Source: an uncultured Anaerolineales bacterium (GTDB lineage Bacteria; Chloroflexota; Anaerolineae; Anaerolineales; UBA11858). From it: a DNA stretch of 64,000 bases. A program made the position numbers and the translations under genes. Each line of letters starts with the position of its first letter. Position 1 is the stretch's first letter. The stretch lies in the NCBI GenBank assembly GCA_964627755.1, contig CAZVIH010000022.1:3431-67430 (forward strand). The letters are read 5' to 3'. The notes under the pieces were generated by a model that saw only the letters and a program-made list of their open reading frames with translations, did not search any database and was not told the DNA's origin. Below are positions 46,325 to 57,090 of this stretch, piece by piece.

Positions 46325-47284
46325 TTAATTATTTTGATAGATCTCGAAATCCCAGGTTGGGGCGCCAAGAGCGGATAGAGCTGCCTTGATCTCACCCTTC
46401 AAGCCAGGTGGACAAAGGGCAACAACACAACCTCCGCCGCCTGCTCCCATTTGTTTTGCACCCCAGGCTCCAGCATCAAGCGCTGTTTTACTGAACAAAT
46501 TTAGGCGGTCAGTTGAGGTGCCCATGATATTTTCTTCGTTTTGCTGCTCCGTCATCAATTTTCCTAGAGTCTCTAGATCGTTTGTCAACAAAGCATGTTT
46601 TCCTTTTTCAACTAAATCCACCACTCGTGTCAGAGAGTCAATTAGAATCCTATCCTTTTCACGCAAACGATTTTGGAGCCATTCTTGAATTTCTTGAGTG
46701 TTGTGAGTATCTTGAGTATCGGCCACAATGATGGGCAAGGAAGCCACGGGAATTGGCTCGACTCCGGGTTTTGGTCCGGTATAGATATAGGTCACGCCCC
46801 CATAGGCAATGGCGTATTGATCCATGCGCCCACACTCGATTCTTAGGTCCTCCCGCTCTATGAGAAAGGAGAGTTCAGCGATTTCCGAAGTGTCCAGATT
46901 AAAATTGAAGGCTTTACTTAATACTCTTATAAATGCGATACAGAGCGCAGTGGAAGATGACATACCAGCGCTGACAGGTATTTGTGAGGTAATAACCGCC
47001 TGGAAACCAGATGGGATTTTCTCCTGAAATCGGAGGTAAACAGCTTCGAGATATCTAAGGGGAGAGTTTAAATCAGGTGTATCTCCAAGCATGAATTCTT
47101 CTTGAAAGTTGATATCCTCAGCAATGAGGATGATTTTTTTATCTTCCCGGGGCTGCAGCGTGATCTTTAGAAAAGCATTGATTGCTGCTGCGATGACCGG
47201 TTTTTCGATCAAATCTACATTGTCACCTAATAAACAGATTCGTCCCGGCGCTTGAGCAGTTATTGGGCCAGTAATTATTGACAT
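46325..47284 (-). CDS. GHMP-family sugar/small-molecule kinase
   Basis: Motif I is APGRICLLGDNVD, motif II is SQIPVSAGMSSSTALCIAF, and motif III is GAKQMGAGGGGCVVAL. Confidence 0.8.
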   Translation of the reverse strand: MSIITGPITAQAPGRICLLGDNVDLIEKPVIAAAINAFLKITLQPREDKKIILIAEDINFQEEFMLGDTPDLNSPLRYLEAVYLRFQEKIPSGFQAVITSQIPVSAGMSSSTALCIAFIRVLSKAFNFNLDTSEIAELSFLIEREDLRIECGRMDQYAIAYGGVTYIYTGPKPGVEPIPVASLPIIVADTQDTHNTQEIQEWLQNRLREKDRILIDSLTRVVDLVEKGKHALLTNDLETLGKLMTEQQNEENIMGTSTDRLNLFSKTALDAGAWGAKQMGAGGGGCVVALCPPGLKGEIKAALSALGAPTWDFEIYQNN

Positions 47285-47507
47285 CAGGGATTTTCTCCAT
47301 TACCAGTACTGAAATCGGCTAAAAAAGACAGAACATACTGTAAATTCTTGCTTTTTTCCATTAATTAGTGAAAATTATAACATAAATGTCGAAAAACGAA
47401 CGGATTATGTTGGTTTTATGTTCTTGTAATATGCGGAAAGTTGTGCTATCCTACGTAAACAGAAATCATTTACACAGAGCCGGTGGAGGCTCTTCGAAGG
47501 AGAAATC

Positions 47508-48326
47508 ATGTCTGGGACAGGTGAGCAAATTCGTTTAGCCCGCTTATTTAATGGATCGGAAAACGCAGTGATTGTTGCGATCGATCACGGATTATATTTT
47601 GGGCCGCTAGAAGGTTTGATTGATCTGCCGAAAGTGATCAAGAATTTAACGCAGGCTGATGGCGTATTGTTAAGCGCTGGCATGGTTTCGCATTGCGCTG
47701 ATTTTTTTAAAAAACGGGGAGCGCCCTCGATGATAGTTCGTTTAAATTGGGCGACAAATTATGTAGCGCCGTGGAATTATGAACATTCCCATTCTGTTAA
47801 CCTCCTTTCTGTTGCTGAAGCTTTAAACCTTGGTGCTGATATTGTGGTTGGCAGTGTTACTTTAAAAACCCCCGATCAGGCAGAAGATGCCCGGAATGTA
47901 GAATTATTTGCCAGTTATGTGCAACAAAAATTGATAGCTGGTGTTCCGATTATTTGTGAGGTTTATCCAATTGGCGGGGATCACGCTCAGCCTGAGGATT
48001 TACAGGAACAGGTTGCCTTTGGCTGCCGTATGGCAGCTGAATTTGGTGCAGATTTGATAAAAACTTTCTATACAGGAAAAGGTTTTAGCAAAATTGCAGC
48101 AGCTACCCCCATCCCGATTTTTGCACTGGGCGCTTTGAAGAAACCTACCGAAAAAGACGCCTTATTAGCTGCAGCCCAGGCTATCTCCAGCGGAGCAAGG
48201 GGAGTTGTTTTTGGCAGGAATGTTGTTCAAGCTAAAGAACCAGAAAGGCTTCTGGAAGCTTTAAAAGAGGTTGTCAAGCAGGGAATGTCCCCGGATAAAG
48301 CAGCAGAAAAATATCACATTCAATAG
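47508..48326 (+). CDS. Class I aldolase of the DhnA/FbaB/LsrF family
   Basis: Motifs VAIDHG, GADIVVGSV, the Schiff-base Lys region GADLIKTFYTG, and GVVFGRNV. Confidence 0.8.
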   Translation: MSGTGEQIRLARLFNGSENAVIVAIDHGLYFGPLEGLIDLPKVIKNLTQADGVLLSAGMVSHCADFFKKRGAPSMIVRLNWATNYVAPWNYEHSHSVNLLSVAEALNLGADIVVGSVTLKTPDQAEDARNVELFASYVQQKLIAGVPIICEVYPIGGDHAQPEDLQEQVAFGCRMAAEFGADLIKTFYTGKGFSKIAAATPIPIFALGALKKPTEKDALLAAAQAISSGARGVVFGRNVVQAKEPERLLEALKEVVKQGMSPDKAAEKYHIQ

Positions 48327-48328
48327 CT

Positions 48329-49840
48329 ATGGATTTATTACTGGGAATTGATATTGGTACTACATCTGTCAAGGCGGGAGTTTTCAGCATTGGTGGAGAG
48401 TGTTTGAGTGTCGCCCACCAAGATTATATCCTCCAGACTCCGGCGGTGGATCAAGTTGAGATCGACGCGGAAATATATTGGAGGGCGACCATCTCGGTTG
48501 TCAAGCAAGTATTAGGAAGTGGGAATATATCCAGTCATGATATTTCTGGTATAGGCGTTTCCAGCCAGGGGGAGACCCTTGTGGCTGTTGATGCTCTTGG
48601 GAATCCTGTTTTCCCTGCGATAGTATGGTTGGATAAACGAGCCCAAATTCAGGCAGAAGATCTTAAACCTCATTTGGAGAATGATGTATACCATCATACA
48701 GGCATCCCTGATATTAATCCAACCTGGACCGCTTGCAAGATCGCCTGGTTAAAAGATAATCAGCCGGAGATCTATCAAAAAACAGCCAAGTTCCTCTTGG
48801 TTCAGGATTTTATTATCTTCAAGCTCACAGGCCGGTTTGTTACCGATGGATCGGTTTCCAGTACAACGATGCTCTATGATATTGTTTCCCATAATTGGTG
48901 GGGAGATGCCCTTGATTTGATAGGACTCGAGCCCGAAAAGCTGGCAAATATTTCCAACCCCGGAAACATTGCCGGTGATCTCACGCCAGCAGCAGCTGAG
49001 ATCTTGGGACTCCCGTCAGGAGTACCTGTCGTCCTGGGAGGTATGGATCAGGCAGTGGGCGCAGTTGGGGCAGGCAATATTGTATCGGAGATGGTATCTG
49101 AGACTACCGGCGGAGCTCTGGCCATCCAGGTAACTTTAAATAGACCAGATTTGGATCCAACTCACCAGGTTCCTGTATATCTCCATAGTGTGCCTGATCG
49201 TTATCTATTTGTTCCTGTGTGTGATACAGGTGGTATGGCTCTGCAATGGTTCAGGGATGTTTTTAATTCTGCCGAATTTGACCAGGCCAAAAAGGACAAC
49301 CAGAATATATATGATCTGCTAACCAGATCAGCAGCTGAGGTCCCGGCAGGATGCGAAGGTTTGATTATGCTTCCTCACTTGATGGGCGCATTCAGTCCTG
49401 AATATAATGCTCAAGCCCGCGGAGCATATGTAGGTTTTACTTTGTATCACAAAAAAAACCATTTTACCCGAGCAGTATTGGAAGCCGTAGCTTTTATGCT
49501 GCGGAGGAATTTGGAGTTAATTAAAAAATCCGGAATCGAGATTCAGGAAATCCGTTCGACAGGCGGGGGAGCGGCCAGCCGGTTATGGAGGCAGATCAAA
49601 GCCGATGTATGTCAGATCCCTGTGGTGACATTAAAGAATAATGATACAGCACTGATGGGCGATGCTATTTTAACTGCCGTAGCAGCGGGATTTTATAGCT
49701 CTCCAGAAGATGCAGTGCTGAAAATGGTCACTATCTCAGAGAAATTATCGCCTATCCCTGAAAATAGTGTTATCTATGAAAATGTATATCAAGATTATTG
49801 TAGATTAAACGATGTTTTGGATCCTTATTTTCGCCGTTGA
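48329..49840 (+). CDS. FGGY-family carbohydrate kinase (xylulokinase-like)
   Basis: Motifs GIDIGTTSVKA and GVSSQGETL, plus the C-terminal motif IRSTGGGAASRLWRQIKADV. Confidence 0.85.
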   Translation: MDLLLGIDIGTTSVKAGVFSIGGECLSVAHQDYILQTPAVDQVEIDAEIYWRATISVVKQVLGSGNISSHDISGIGVSSQGETLVAVDALGNPVFPAIVWLDKRAQIQAEDLKPHLENDVYHHTGIPDINPTWTACKIAWLKDNQPEIYQKTAKFLLVQDFIIFKLTGRFVTDGSVSSTTMLYDIVSHNWWGDALDLIGLEPEKLANISNPGNIAGDLTPAAAEILGLPSGVPVVLGGMDQAVGAVGAGNIVSEMVSETTGGALAIQVTLNRPDLDPTHQVPVYLHSVPDRYLFVPVCDTGGMALQWFRDVFNSAEFDQAKKDNQNIYDLLTRSAAEVPAGCEGLIMLPHLMGAFSPEYNAQARGAYVGFTLYHKKNHFTRAVLEAVAFMLRRNLELIKKSGIEIQEIRSTGGGAASRLWRQIKADVCQIPVVTLKNNDTALMGDAILTAVAAGFYSSPEDAVLKMVTISEKLSPIPENSVIYENVYQDYCRLNDVLDPYFRR

Positions 49841-49916
49841 TAGCACTTTTGTGATCAAGATGCAGCTGAGTAGAATAAAATCATAACCTGCCCAATTAGC
49901 TTTCAGGAGGAATTTT

Positions 49917-51311
49917 ATGAATAACAAACCCAAAATCGGATTATTTGTGACAGCGTTGTTAGAGGATGACTACAATAAAACGGGTCATATGCGCCCGAAG
50001 ATGAGTGAAGCTACGGATCGGATTGCCCAAATATTAGCTCCTTATGGCGAGGTCATTAATCCGGGTTTTATTGAATACGAACCGGATGCTGACCGAGCGA
50101 CCCAGATTTTTAATTCATCTGAGATTGATTTGTTGATTGCTATTGAGTTGGCTTATCAAAAAGGCATCATTCCAATGCGGACCCTGTTGCGAGTGAATGC
50201 GCCAATTCTGGTCTGGAATACGCAGCAAATTCGCCGCTTACCAGAGGATGCTGATTTTGACATCATTATGGAAAATTCCGGCATGGCTGGCCTTCCGGAA
50301 TTAACGAGTGCCTTAATCCGCAGCGGGGTTCCCTTTGATCTTCTTACCAGTCATATAGATGATCCGGAAGGACTCGAGCAGATTGGACAATACGCAAAAG
50401 CTGCCGGAGCAATCCGCAGGTTGGAGAAAATGCGGATTGGGATCATCGGCCATCCTTTTGAAGGTATGACGGATTTAATGGTTGATTACTTAAGTTTCCG
50501 AGATATTATCGGACCGGTCTGTTGGCCCCTTGAACCTGAAAAGGTTGCTATCCTGGCGTCTCAAATGGATAGCGAAAGAGTAAAGAAGTTTATGAAGGAT
50601 CAAGCCCAGAAATATGACGCCAGCGAAATGCCAGATGATCTTTTTGAGCATTCTGCCAGGCTGGCTCTTGCGCTGCTGGATGTTTCCCGGGAGTATAAAT
50701 TCGATGGTTTGGCGACCTTTGACCAGATCTGGCTGACGGATCCGCGAGTAGGGATCATCCCCAGCTATGGTACAGGATATCTTTGTGCAGAACACGTCCC
50801 GGTAGCGACGGAAGCTGATGTCACCACTTTATCAGCGATGATGATCCTTCAGGAACTGGCAGGAGAGGCAACCTTCTTGGAGAATTATGTGATCGATTTC
50901 GATGAAGATGCCATCATCCTCTCCCATGACGGACATGGGAATCCTGCGCTGGCGGCAAACCCTAAAGATGTTCGTATCAAACCGAGCATCTATTATGAAG
51001 GTGTGAATGGGCGAGGAGCGGGATTGGAATTTGCCTATAAACCAGGTCCGGTAACCATCCTCTCATTAATTCCTCTGGGAGATGGGGATTGGCGATTAAT
51101 TGTTGGTGAGGGTGAATCCCTCCCGATCCAGCCTCGTCCGGTTGCGGCACCCCAAATGCTCTTCCGCTACAAAAATGGCACGATCACGGAATTTTGTGAT
51201 CGCTGGCTATTAGCAGGATCTCCCCATCATATGGCACTGGCGTATGGACACCTTGCTGATCAAGTTGAGAAGGTTGGAAATTTATTAGGAATTGAGGTGG
51301 TATCGATTTAG
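49917..51311 (+). CDS. L-fucose/L-arabinose-isomerase-family protein
   Basis: Size and the C-terminal region (VIDFDEDAIILSHDGHGN, GSPHHMALAYGH) are typical of the family. Confidence 0.65.
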   Translation: MNNKPKIGLFVTALLEDDYNKTGHMRPKMSEATDRIAQILAPYGEVINPGFIEYEPDADRATQIFNSSEIDLLIAIELAYQKGIIPMRTLLRVNAPILVWNTQQIRRLPEDADFDIIMENSGMAGLPELTSALIRSGVPFDLLTSHIDDPEGLEQIGQYAKAAGAIRRLEKMRIGIIGHPFEGMTDLMVDYLSFRDIIGPVCWPLEPEKVAILASQMDSERVKKFMKDQAQKYDASEMPDDLFEHSARLALALLDVSREYKFDGLATFDQIWLTDPRVGIIPSYGTGYLCAEHVPVATEADVTTLSAMMILQELAGEATFLENYVIDFDEDAIILSHDGHGNPALAANPKDVRIKPSIYYEGVNGRGAGLEFAYKPGPVTILSLIPLGDGDWRLIVGEGESLPIQPRPVAAPQMLFRYKNGTITEFCDRWLLAGSPHHMALAYGHLADQVEKVGNLLGIEVVSI

Positions 51312-51448
51312 TTCCCTAAACAACCCGCTTTCCGGGTATCAGGTTACCAGAATAGACCGATACCCGGAAGGCATGGAAACCATAATTATTTATTAACCAA
51401 ACCTGCTCTTCCTGTTCTGCGGAGCCGGTATGTGAATACAAAGAGAAA

Positions 51449-52933
51449 TTGCGTATGATCTCCATCAATGCCCATCAGGTCAAACTCGATGACGAGGAAG
51501 GATTATTGCCTTGGTCTTCCTACGATGATGTTGTCTGGTTGGCAATGGATTTCATCCACCGTTGTCCTGTAGATCAAAGGACAGGGCTGCCATGGTATCT
51601 CGCCTACTCGTGTTTCTGGACCGATCCCCTGCGGCCAACGATCTGGCCTGATAATCCGGCTGGTAAGTTCGCCATGGCTGTGGAAACCCTTGTGCGATAT
51701 TACGCTTACTCCGGAGAGGAGTGGTTCACAGAAGTCGTCCGGACGATGTTAAATCGTTTGATCGATTACCATACATCTGCCGATGCTGCCTGGCCCCGGA
51801 TTCCATATGCATCAGCTGAACCAATCTTCGGTAATTACTTCGGTGCCAGGGCAGATGGCCATTATATTACCGAGCCGGATAAGGTTGCCCAGGCAGCTTG
51901 TGGATATGTATTGTTTTATAAATTTACAGGCGAAGATAGTTATCTTGATCACGCCTTACATTGCGGCCAGGTGCTGGCAGAAAAAATTGGCAGCCCTGAT
52001 GAAAATAATTCACCCTGGCCGTTCCGGGTTGACGTAAGAGACGGAACAGTTGTTGAAGCTTATACCAGTCATGTGATTCCGGCTATCCGCCTTTTTGACT
52101 CATTGAGAGATCTTGGCCTGGATCCAGATAACAAGTTACTGACAGCCAGGGAGATTGCCTGGTCGTGGTTAATGGATTTTCCAATCCGGAATCAGTGTTG
52201 GAAAGGATATTTTGAGGATATTCGTCTGGATCCCGAGAATAAAAATCGCGATCAGTACAGCGCCCTGGAAACTGCAAGATTCCTGCTCATGAATCCCGAC
52301 CAGGATCCCTCCTGGCAGGTCCATGCCAGGGAAATCATCGCTTGGGTCAAGGATACCTTAGGGGCAGACCCGTTCTATAAAGCGGTTCCGATCCATGAAC
52401 AGATGTTTTGTTTCCATGTCATGGGATCCCATACCGCCAGGTTTGCCGCTATCTGTGCTCTTTATGCCAGCTGTTCGGGGGAGCAGGAATATGCAGAACA
52501 GGCACGGCGGGCATTGAACTGGAGTACGTATATGGCTGATGACCAGGGTTGGGTCCGGGTGGGTACCGATGAGCCAGATTATCACAACCAGTGCTGGTTC
52601 ACGGATGGATACTTTGATTATGTTCCCCATTTCCTGGACGGGATGGGGCTTATGCCTGAAACGGCACCCGGGGGAGCGGATCACCTGCTCAGGAGTTCAT
52701 CGATCGTAAACAGTATTTCCTACGATCCCTTGCACATTAACTATCAGACTTATGATGAGTCTGGTGTGGAGCTTTTGAGTCTGACATTTATACCGACAAT
52801 TATCCGCAGCAATGGGATCCGGCTGGAAGAGATAACGGACCCCACACAAAAAAGCGGATGGAGTTATGATCCTGACCGACATTTATTGCAGGTTTCTCAT
52901 TCTGCTCCTGATGTGGAAGTGATTGGATTTTAA
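51449..52933 (+). CDS. Hypothetical protein, possibly (alpha/alpha)6-barrel glycosidase/lyase-like
   Basis: 494-aa ORF in the sugar operon, rich in W/Y/H. No family was recognised. The start is the TTG at 51449 or the ATG at 51455. Confidence 0.45.
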   Translation: MRMISINAHQVKLDDEEGLLPWSSYDDVVWLAMDFIHRCPVDQRTGLPWYLAYSCFWTDPLRPTIWPDNPAGKFAMAVETLVRYYAYSGEEWFTEVVRTMLNRLIDYHTSADAAWPRIPYASAEPIFGNYFGARADGHYITEPDKVAQAACGYVLFYKFTGEDSYLDHALHCGQVLAEKIGSPDENNSPWPFRVDVRDGTVVEAYTSHVIPAIRLFDSLRDLGLDPDNKLLTAREIAWSWLMDFPIRNQCWKGYFEDIRLDPENKNRDQYSALETARFLLMNPDQDPSWQVHAREIIAWVKDTLGADPFYKAVPIHEQMFCFHVMGSHTARFAAICALYASCSGEQEYAEQARRALNWSTYMADDQGWVRVGTDEPDYHNQCWFTDGYFDYVPHFLDGMGLMPETAPGGADHLLRSSSIVNSISYDPLHINYQTYDESGVELLSLTFIPTIIRSNGIRLEEITDPTQKSGWSYDPDRHLLQVSHSAPDVEVIGF

Positions 52934-52949
52934 AGGGACTGGTGCGCTG

Positions 52950-53822
52950 ATGGAAGTTCTAAGTAACAAACAGATCAAAAATAGGAGAAGATTACTGGAC
53001 TGGCTCCCTGTTCTGCCCTTCTTGATATTTTGCCTGGCGATAATGATCCTGCCCTTGTTCTTTATGCTCAGGGGTAGCTTTACGGGTTCGGAAGGCCAGT
53101 TCACCCTGGAGCATTATGCCAAAATGAAAGCTTCGATCTATGCCAGTTCGTTTAAGAACAGCATCTTGCTTTCCGGGATAACTGCGCTTCTGGGAGTTTC
53201 TATAGGTACAATAGTTGGATATTTTATTTGCCACTTAAAAAGTGAACGCGCCAAAGAACTGGTAACGGCTCTTTGTGATGTCACATCCAATTTCTCCGGC
53301 GCTCCCCTGGCTTTTGCCTTCATTGTAGTACTGGGCAGCAATGGTGTGTTAACACTGGCGTTAACAAAATATCTCAATGTTGATCTGTATCCCGAATTCA
53401 GCATCTATTCCTTTTCAGGCTTAATCCTGTCATATACATATTTCCAGCTCCCATTAATGGTGTTATTGATCATTCCGGCAATAGCTGGTTTGAAGAAGGA
53501 ATGGGAAGAGGCCGCCCACGGATTGGGAGCCAGCACTTTTCAGTACTGGCGATTAATAGGGATTCCAGTTTTGTCACCAGCGATCACTGCAGGACTGCTG
53601 CTGTTATTTGCTAACGCATTTGGTGCATACGCCACTGCCTACACACTCACGGAATTTCGATACCCGCTGGTGACACTGCAGTTGGGGTTCCTCTTAACGG
53701 GAGAAGTCTTCCGCGATCCCGGTGCAGGCGACGCAATGGGGATTCTGACTTTACTATTAATGGGAATCTCGATTCTGTTCTATCAACTTGCTGTCAAACA
53801 GGGAAGAAAATGGCAACAATGA
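52950..53822 (+). CDS. ABC importer permease (PotB-like)
   Basis: ATG at 52950. Six TM helices and the EAA loop EEAAHGLGASTFQYWRLIGIPVL. Confidence 0.8.
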   Translation: MEVLSNKQIKNRRRLLDWLPVLPFLIFCLAIMILPLFFMLRGSFTGSEGQFTLEHYAKMKASIYASSFKNSILLSGITALLGVSIGTIVGYFICHLKSERAKELVTALCDVTSNFSGAPLAFAFIVVLGSNGVLTLALTKYLNVDLYPEFSIYSFSGLILSYTYFQLPLMVLLIIPAIAGLKKEWEEAAHGLGASTFQYWRLIGIPVLSPAITAGLLLLFANAFGAYATAYTLTEFRYPLVTLQLGFLLTGEVFRDPGAGDAMGILTLLLMGISILFYQLAVKQGRKWQQ

Positions 53823-54673
53823 AGAAAAAAGGTCCACTCCCGGGTTTGTTTATTGGCGGTTTTCTATTTTATATGCTGCTGCCAATAGTAGCGACATACG
53901 CCTTCTCAATAGCTACGCGGTGGGATAGGACTATCCTTCCAGAAGGTTTAACATTGGATTGGTATAAAGTCGCTTTCATGGATAGATGGTTTTTGATCGT
54001 ATTTAAAAATTCTCTGGTGCTTTCATTCAGCACTGTCATCGCTAGTATCCTGATCATTGTTCCTACTGCGTACTGGGTTCATTTACGTGTTCCTCGAGCA
54101 AGGCCGATTCTGGACCTGATCAGCACACTGCCATTTGCTATCCCTGGCGTTGTGCTCTCATTGGGTTTGATAAGGCTCTATGCCCAACCTCCGTTAATGC
54201 TGGCCCGCACCCCCGCAATGCTGGTGGCAGCTTATGTGATCTTTACCATGCCTTTTATGTACCGTCCGGTAGTAAACAGTTTGAAAGCGGTCAATATTAA
54301 GGTCCTAACTGAAGCAGCCCAGAGTTTGGGATCATCCTGGCTGCGTACCCTACGCCAGGTGATTTTACCGAACATCATGCCCGGAATTATCAGCGGAGGT
54401 TTACTGGTATTTGCGACTATATTCGGAGAATTTACGATCGCGACTTTTCTGGTGGGAGCCCGATATAAAACATTCCCAATGCAGCTGGTGTATTACACCC
54501 GCAGGGATGGCAGGATTGCTTCTGCCTATTCGGTGATCAGTTTTACAATCGCCTGGGTTAGTTCATTAATCATCCTCTGGGTTGCGGCCTGGGGAGCAAA
54601 GAGGACATCCGGATCCGGGCATTCAATAAAAGATAAAGATCTACAGATCAATATCGCAGGAGACCAAAAATGA
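53810..54673 (+). CDS. ABC importer permease (PotC-like)
   Basis: EAA loop TEAAQSLGSSWLRTLRQVILPN. Overlaps both neighbouring genes. Confidence 0.8.
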   Translation: MATMKKKGPLPGLFIGGFLFYMLLPIVATYAFSIATRWDRTILPEGLTLDWYKVAFMDRWFLIVFKNSLVLSFSTVIASILIIVPTAYWVHLRVPRARPILDLISTLPFAIPGVVLSLGLIRLYAQPPLMLARTPAMLVAAYVIFTMPFMYRPVVNSLKAVNIKVLTEAAQSLGSSWLRTLRQVILPNIMPGIISGGLLVFATIFGEFTIATFLVGARYKTFPMQLVYYTRRDGRIASAYSVISFTIAWVSSLIILWVAAWGAKRTSGSGHSIKDKDLQINIAGDQK

Positions 54674-55770
54674 GTTACCTCGTTCTGAAAAACCTGAACA
54701 AGGCTTATGAAGGTACGATCGCTGTAAATGACTTTAATCTTCAAGTTGAGAAAGGGGAATTCATCTCTCTTTTAGGTCCATCGGGTTGTGGAAAAACAAC
54801 TACACTGCGGATGATAGCCGGATTTGAAACGCCAGATAACGGTCATATCCAGTTGGATGGCGAGGATATCACATCAGCTTCACCCAATCAACGCGGTATG
54901 GGTATGGTATTCCAGTCCTACGCTCTATTCCCGAATATGACTGCCTGGAATAACGTGGCATTTGGTTTGCGTGTTTCCAAGCAACCTTCAACAGTGGTTA
55001 ATAAACGTGTAAATGAACTGCTGGATTTGGTTGGTTTGGCCGATGATGGCCATAAATATGCTGCTGAAATGAGTGGGGGTCAGCAGCAGCGGGTGGCTCT
55101 TGCCCGGGCGTTAGCTATCGAACCGAGAGTTCTGCTGCTGGATGAGCCTTTGAGCGCATTGGACGCTGTTGTCCGAGTTTCACTTCGCCATGAAATCAGA
55201 CGCATCCAGACTGCTCTTGGAATCACAACTATATATGTGACCCATGACCAGGAGGAAGCCCTCTCGATTTCAGATCGGGTGGTGGTTATGCGCCAGGCTG
55301 TGATTGAACAGATAGGTACACCAGAAGAAATATATGTCCAACCCCAAACCCATTTTGTGGCAACATTTGTAGGCACTATCAACCAATTTCCGGGAATTTT
55401 AAAAGACAGCAAACTAGGATTAGTAGCATGTCATTCAGGGGATTTGAATTTGTTTGTTCCTCCCATCACTGACGGAAAGGTGCAGGATGGTGGTGCGCTC
55501 ACAATTATGGTGCGACCGGAAGAAATCCGTGTAAATAAAATTGGAACAGATCATGATCTTTCTAATTCGCTGGATGCGAATTTAAAAACAATCACCCTGT
55601 TAGGTCCTGTAACTCGACTGACACTTGAATATCACGGTCAATCTATTTTCGCTGATATCAGAACGGTTGATCGACATCGATTTGATCTAAACAAACCTGT
55701 ACAGTTATCTTTCTCACGCGAAGCCTGCAGCATAATGCCAAAGGTTGAGCTTTCCAATGGTGATAACTGA
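54670..55770 (+). CDS. ABC importer ATP-binding protein with C-terminal TOBE-like domain
   Basis: Walker A is GPSGCGKTT, the signature is SGGQQQRVALA, and Walker B is LLLDEPLS. Confidence 0.9.
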   Translation: MSYLVLKNLNKAYEGTIAVNDFNLQVEKGEFISLLGPSGCGKTTTLRMIAGFETPDNGHIQLDGEDITSASPNQRGMGMVFQSYALFPNMTAWNNVAFGLRVSKQPSTVVNKRVNELLDLVGLADDGHKYAAEMSGGQQQRVALARALAIEPRVLLLDEPLSALDAVVRVSLRHEIRRIQTALGITTIYVTHDQEEALSISDRVVVMRQAVIEQIGTPEEIYVQPQTHFVATFVGTINQFPGILKDSKLGLVACHSGDLNLFVPPITDGKVQDGGALTIMVRPEEIRVNKIGTDHDLSNSLDANLKTITLLGPVTRLTLEYHGQSIFADIRTVDRHRFDLNKPVQLSFSREACSIMPKVELSNGDN

Positions 55771-55875
55771 CTCGAATATAAAAAAGGAGGTAATTATAAA
55801 GATATTTCAACTCTTGGTTTTACCTGAAACCAATAACAACACAAAAGTGATATTAGTTCTTTGGAGGAATTGAAG

Positions 55876-57024
55876 ATGAAAAAAAGATTAATACTGAGTA
55901 TATTGCTAATTGTTGCGTTGATGATCTCGCTATCAGCTTGCAAGCCAGCTGCTCCGGTCGAAGAAGTGCAGGAAGAGGAAGCTGCACCGGTTGAAGCCGC
56001 TCCTGCGGAAGAAGCAGAAGAAGAGCCTGCAGCAGAAGTTGAAGAAGAAGTTGATCCAATGGCAGCTCTTGTTGAAGCAGCCCAGGCGGAAGGAGAGATC
56101 GTTAGTTATGGCTTGCCGGATGATTGGGTTAACTACGGTGGTATGTGGGAGCTTTACGATGCCGCTTATGGCATTCCTCACCTTGATACCGATATGGGAA
56201 GTGGTGAGATCATTGCTGCTCTGCAGGCTGAAGCGGGTGCTGGTGTCGCAGATATCACAGATCTTGGTGTAAACTTTGCCAGCCAGGTCGTTGAAGATGG
56301 GCTCTCGCAGGCCTATAAACATGCTTACTGGGATGAGGTCCCGGATTATGCAAAAGATGCTGATGGCTTGTGGTCAGCTGCCTATTGGGGTGCGATTGGA
56401 TTCTGTGTGAATACAGATCTCGTTGATACTGTCCCGACCAGCTGGGCGGAATTGCTGGATGAGCAGTATGTTGGTAAGGTATCGATGAAAGACCCCCGAA
56501 AATCAGGCACCGCAAACTCAGTGGTTCTTGGAGCTGTTTTCGGCAACGGTGGAGATGAGACAAACGTTCAACCGGGTATCGATTACTTCACCCAAATGTT
56601 TGATCTTGGCATTTTGAATGCGGTCTCTCCCGGGACATCACAGATCCAGGCAGGAGAAGTTGCCATCGCATTATTCTGGGATTTTGATTGCCTGAGCAAA
56701 GCGGATGATCTTGGTATGCCGCTGCAATTGGTAATCCCCAGTGATGGGACAGTTGCTGGTTTATACACCCAGTTCATTACTGCTGGTGCACCCCATCCCA
56801 ATGCCGCAAAATTGATGTTGGAACTTGAATTCTCCGATGCTGGACAGTTAGCCTATGCTCAGGGATTTACACATCCGATCCGGAATATTGAATTGCCTGA
56901 TGAACTAGCGGCGAAATTCCCCCCGGCGGAAGCTTATGACTCCGTGTCCTTCCCGAAAGATTTCTCAATGTTAACTGACGCAGCTGCCAAAATTGCAGAA
57001 GGTTGGGAGAATATCGCTCAATAA
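55876..57024 (+). CDS. Extracellular solute-binding lipoprotein (PotD/AfuA-type)
   Basis: ATG at 55876 with GGAGG 8 nt upstream. Lipobox LSAC, an acidic E/A/P linker, then the solute-binding fold. Confidence 0.8.
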   Translation: MKKRLILSILLIVALMISLSACKPAAPVEEVQEEEAAPVEAAPAEEAEEEPAAEVEEEVDPMAALVEAAQAEGEIVSYGLPDDWVNYGGMWELYDAAYGIPHLDTDMGSGEIIAALQAEAGAGVADITDLGVNFASQVVEDGLSQAYKHAYWDEVPDYAKDADGLWSAAYWGAIGFCVNTDLVDTVPTSWAELLDEQYVGKVSMKDPRKSGTANSVVLGAVFGNGGDETNVQPGIDYFTQMFDLGILNAVSPGTSQIQAGEVAIALFWDFDCLSKADDLGMPLQLVIPSDGTVAGLYTQFITAGAPHPNAAKLMLELEFSDAGQLAYAQGFTHPIRNIELPDELAAKFPPAEAYDSVSFPKDFSMLTDAAAKIAEGWENIAQ

Positions 57025-57046
57025 GGTTTGAAGTTTTAACCCTTAG

Positions 57047-57090
57047 AAACATGGTACGGAAGTGAATCATTAGGCTTTCGTACCATGTTT
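57047..57090 (+). terminator. Hairpin terminator after the ABC operon
   Basis: AAACATGGTACG (57047-57058) pairs with CGTACCATGTTT (57079-57090), with a 20-nt loop. Confidence 0.55.

Noticed and set aside
47508-49840. The FGGY kinase plus LsrF-like aldolase pair as an AI-2 (Lsr) processing system.
   Set aside because: No LsrG, LsrR (SorC-type) or LsrACDB-type transporter is present. The adjacent aldose-ketose isomerase-like gene points instead to a sugar isomerase-kinase-aldolase route.
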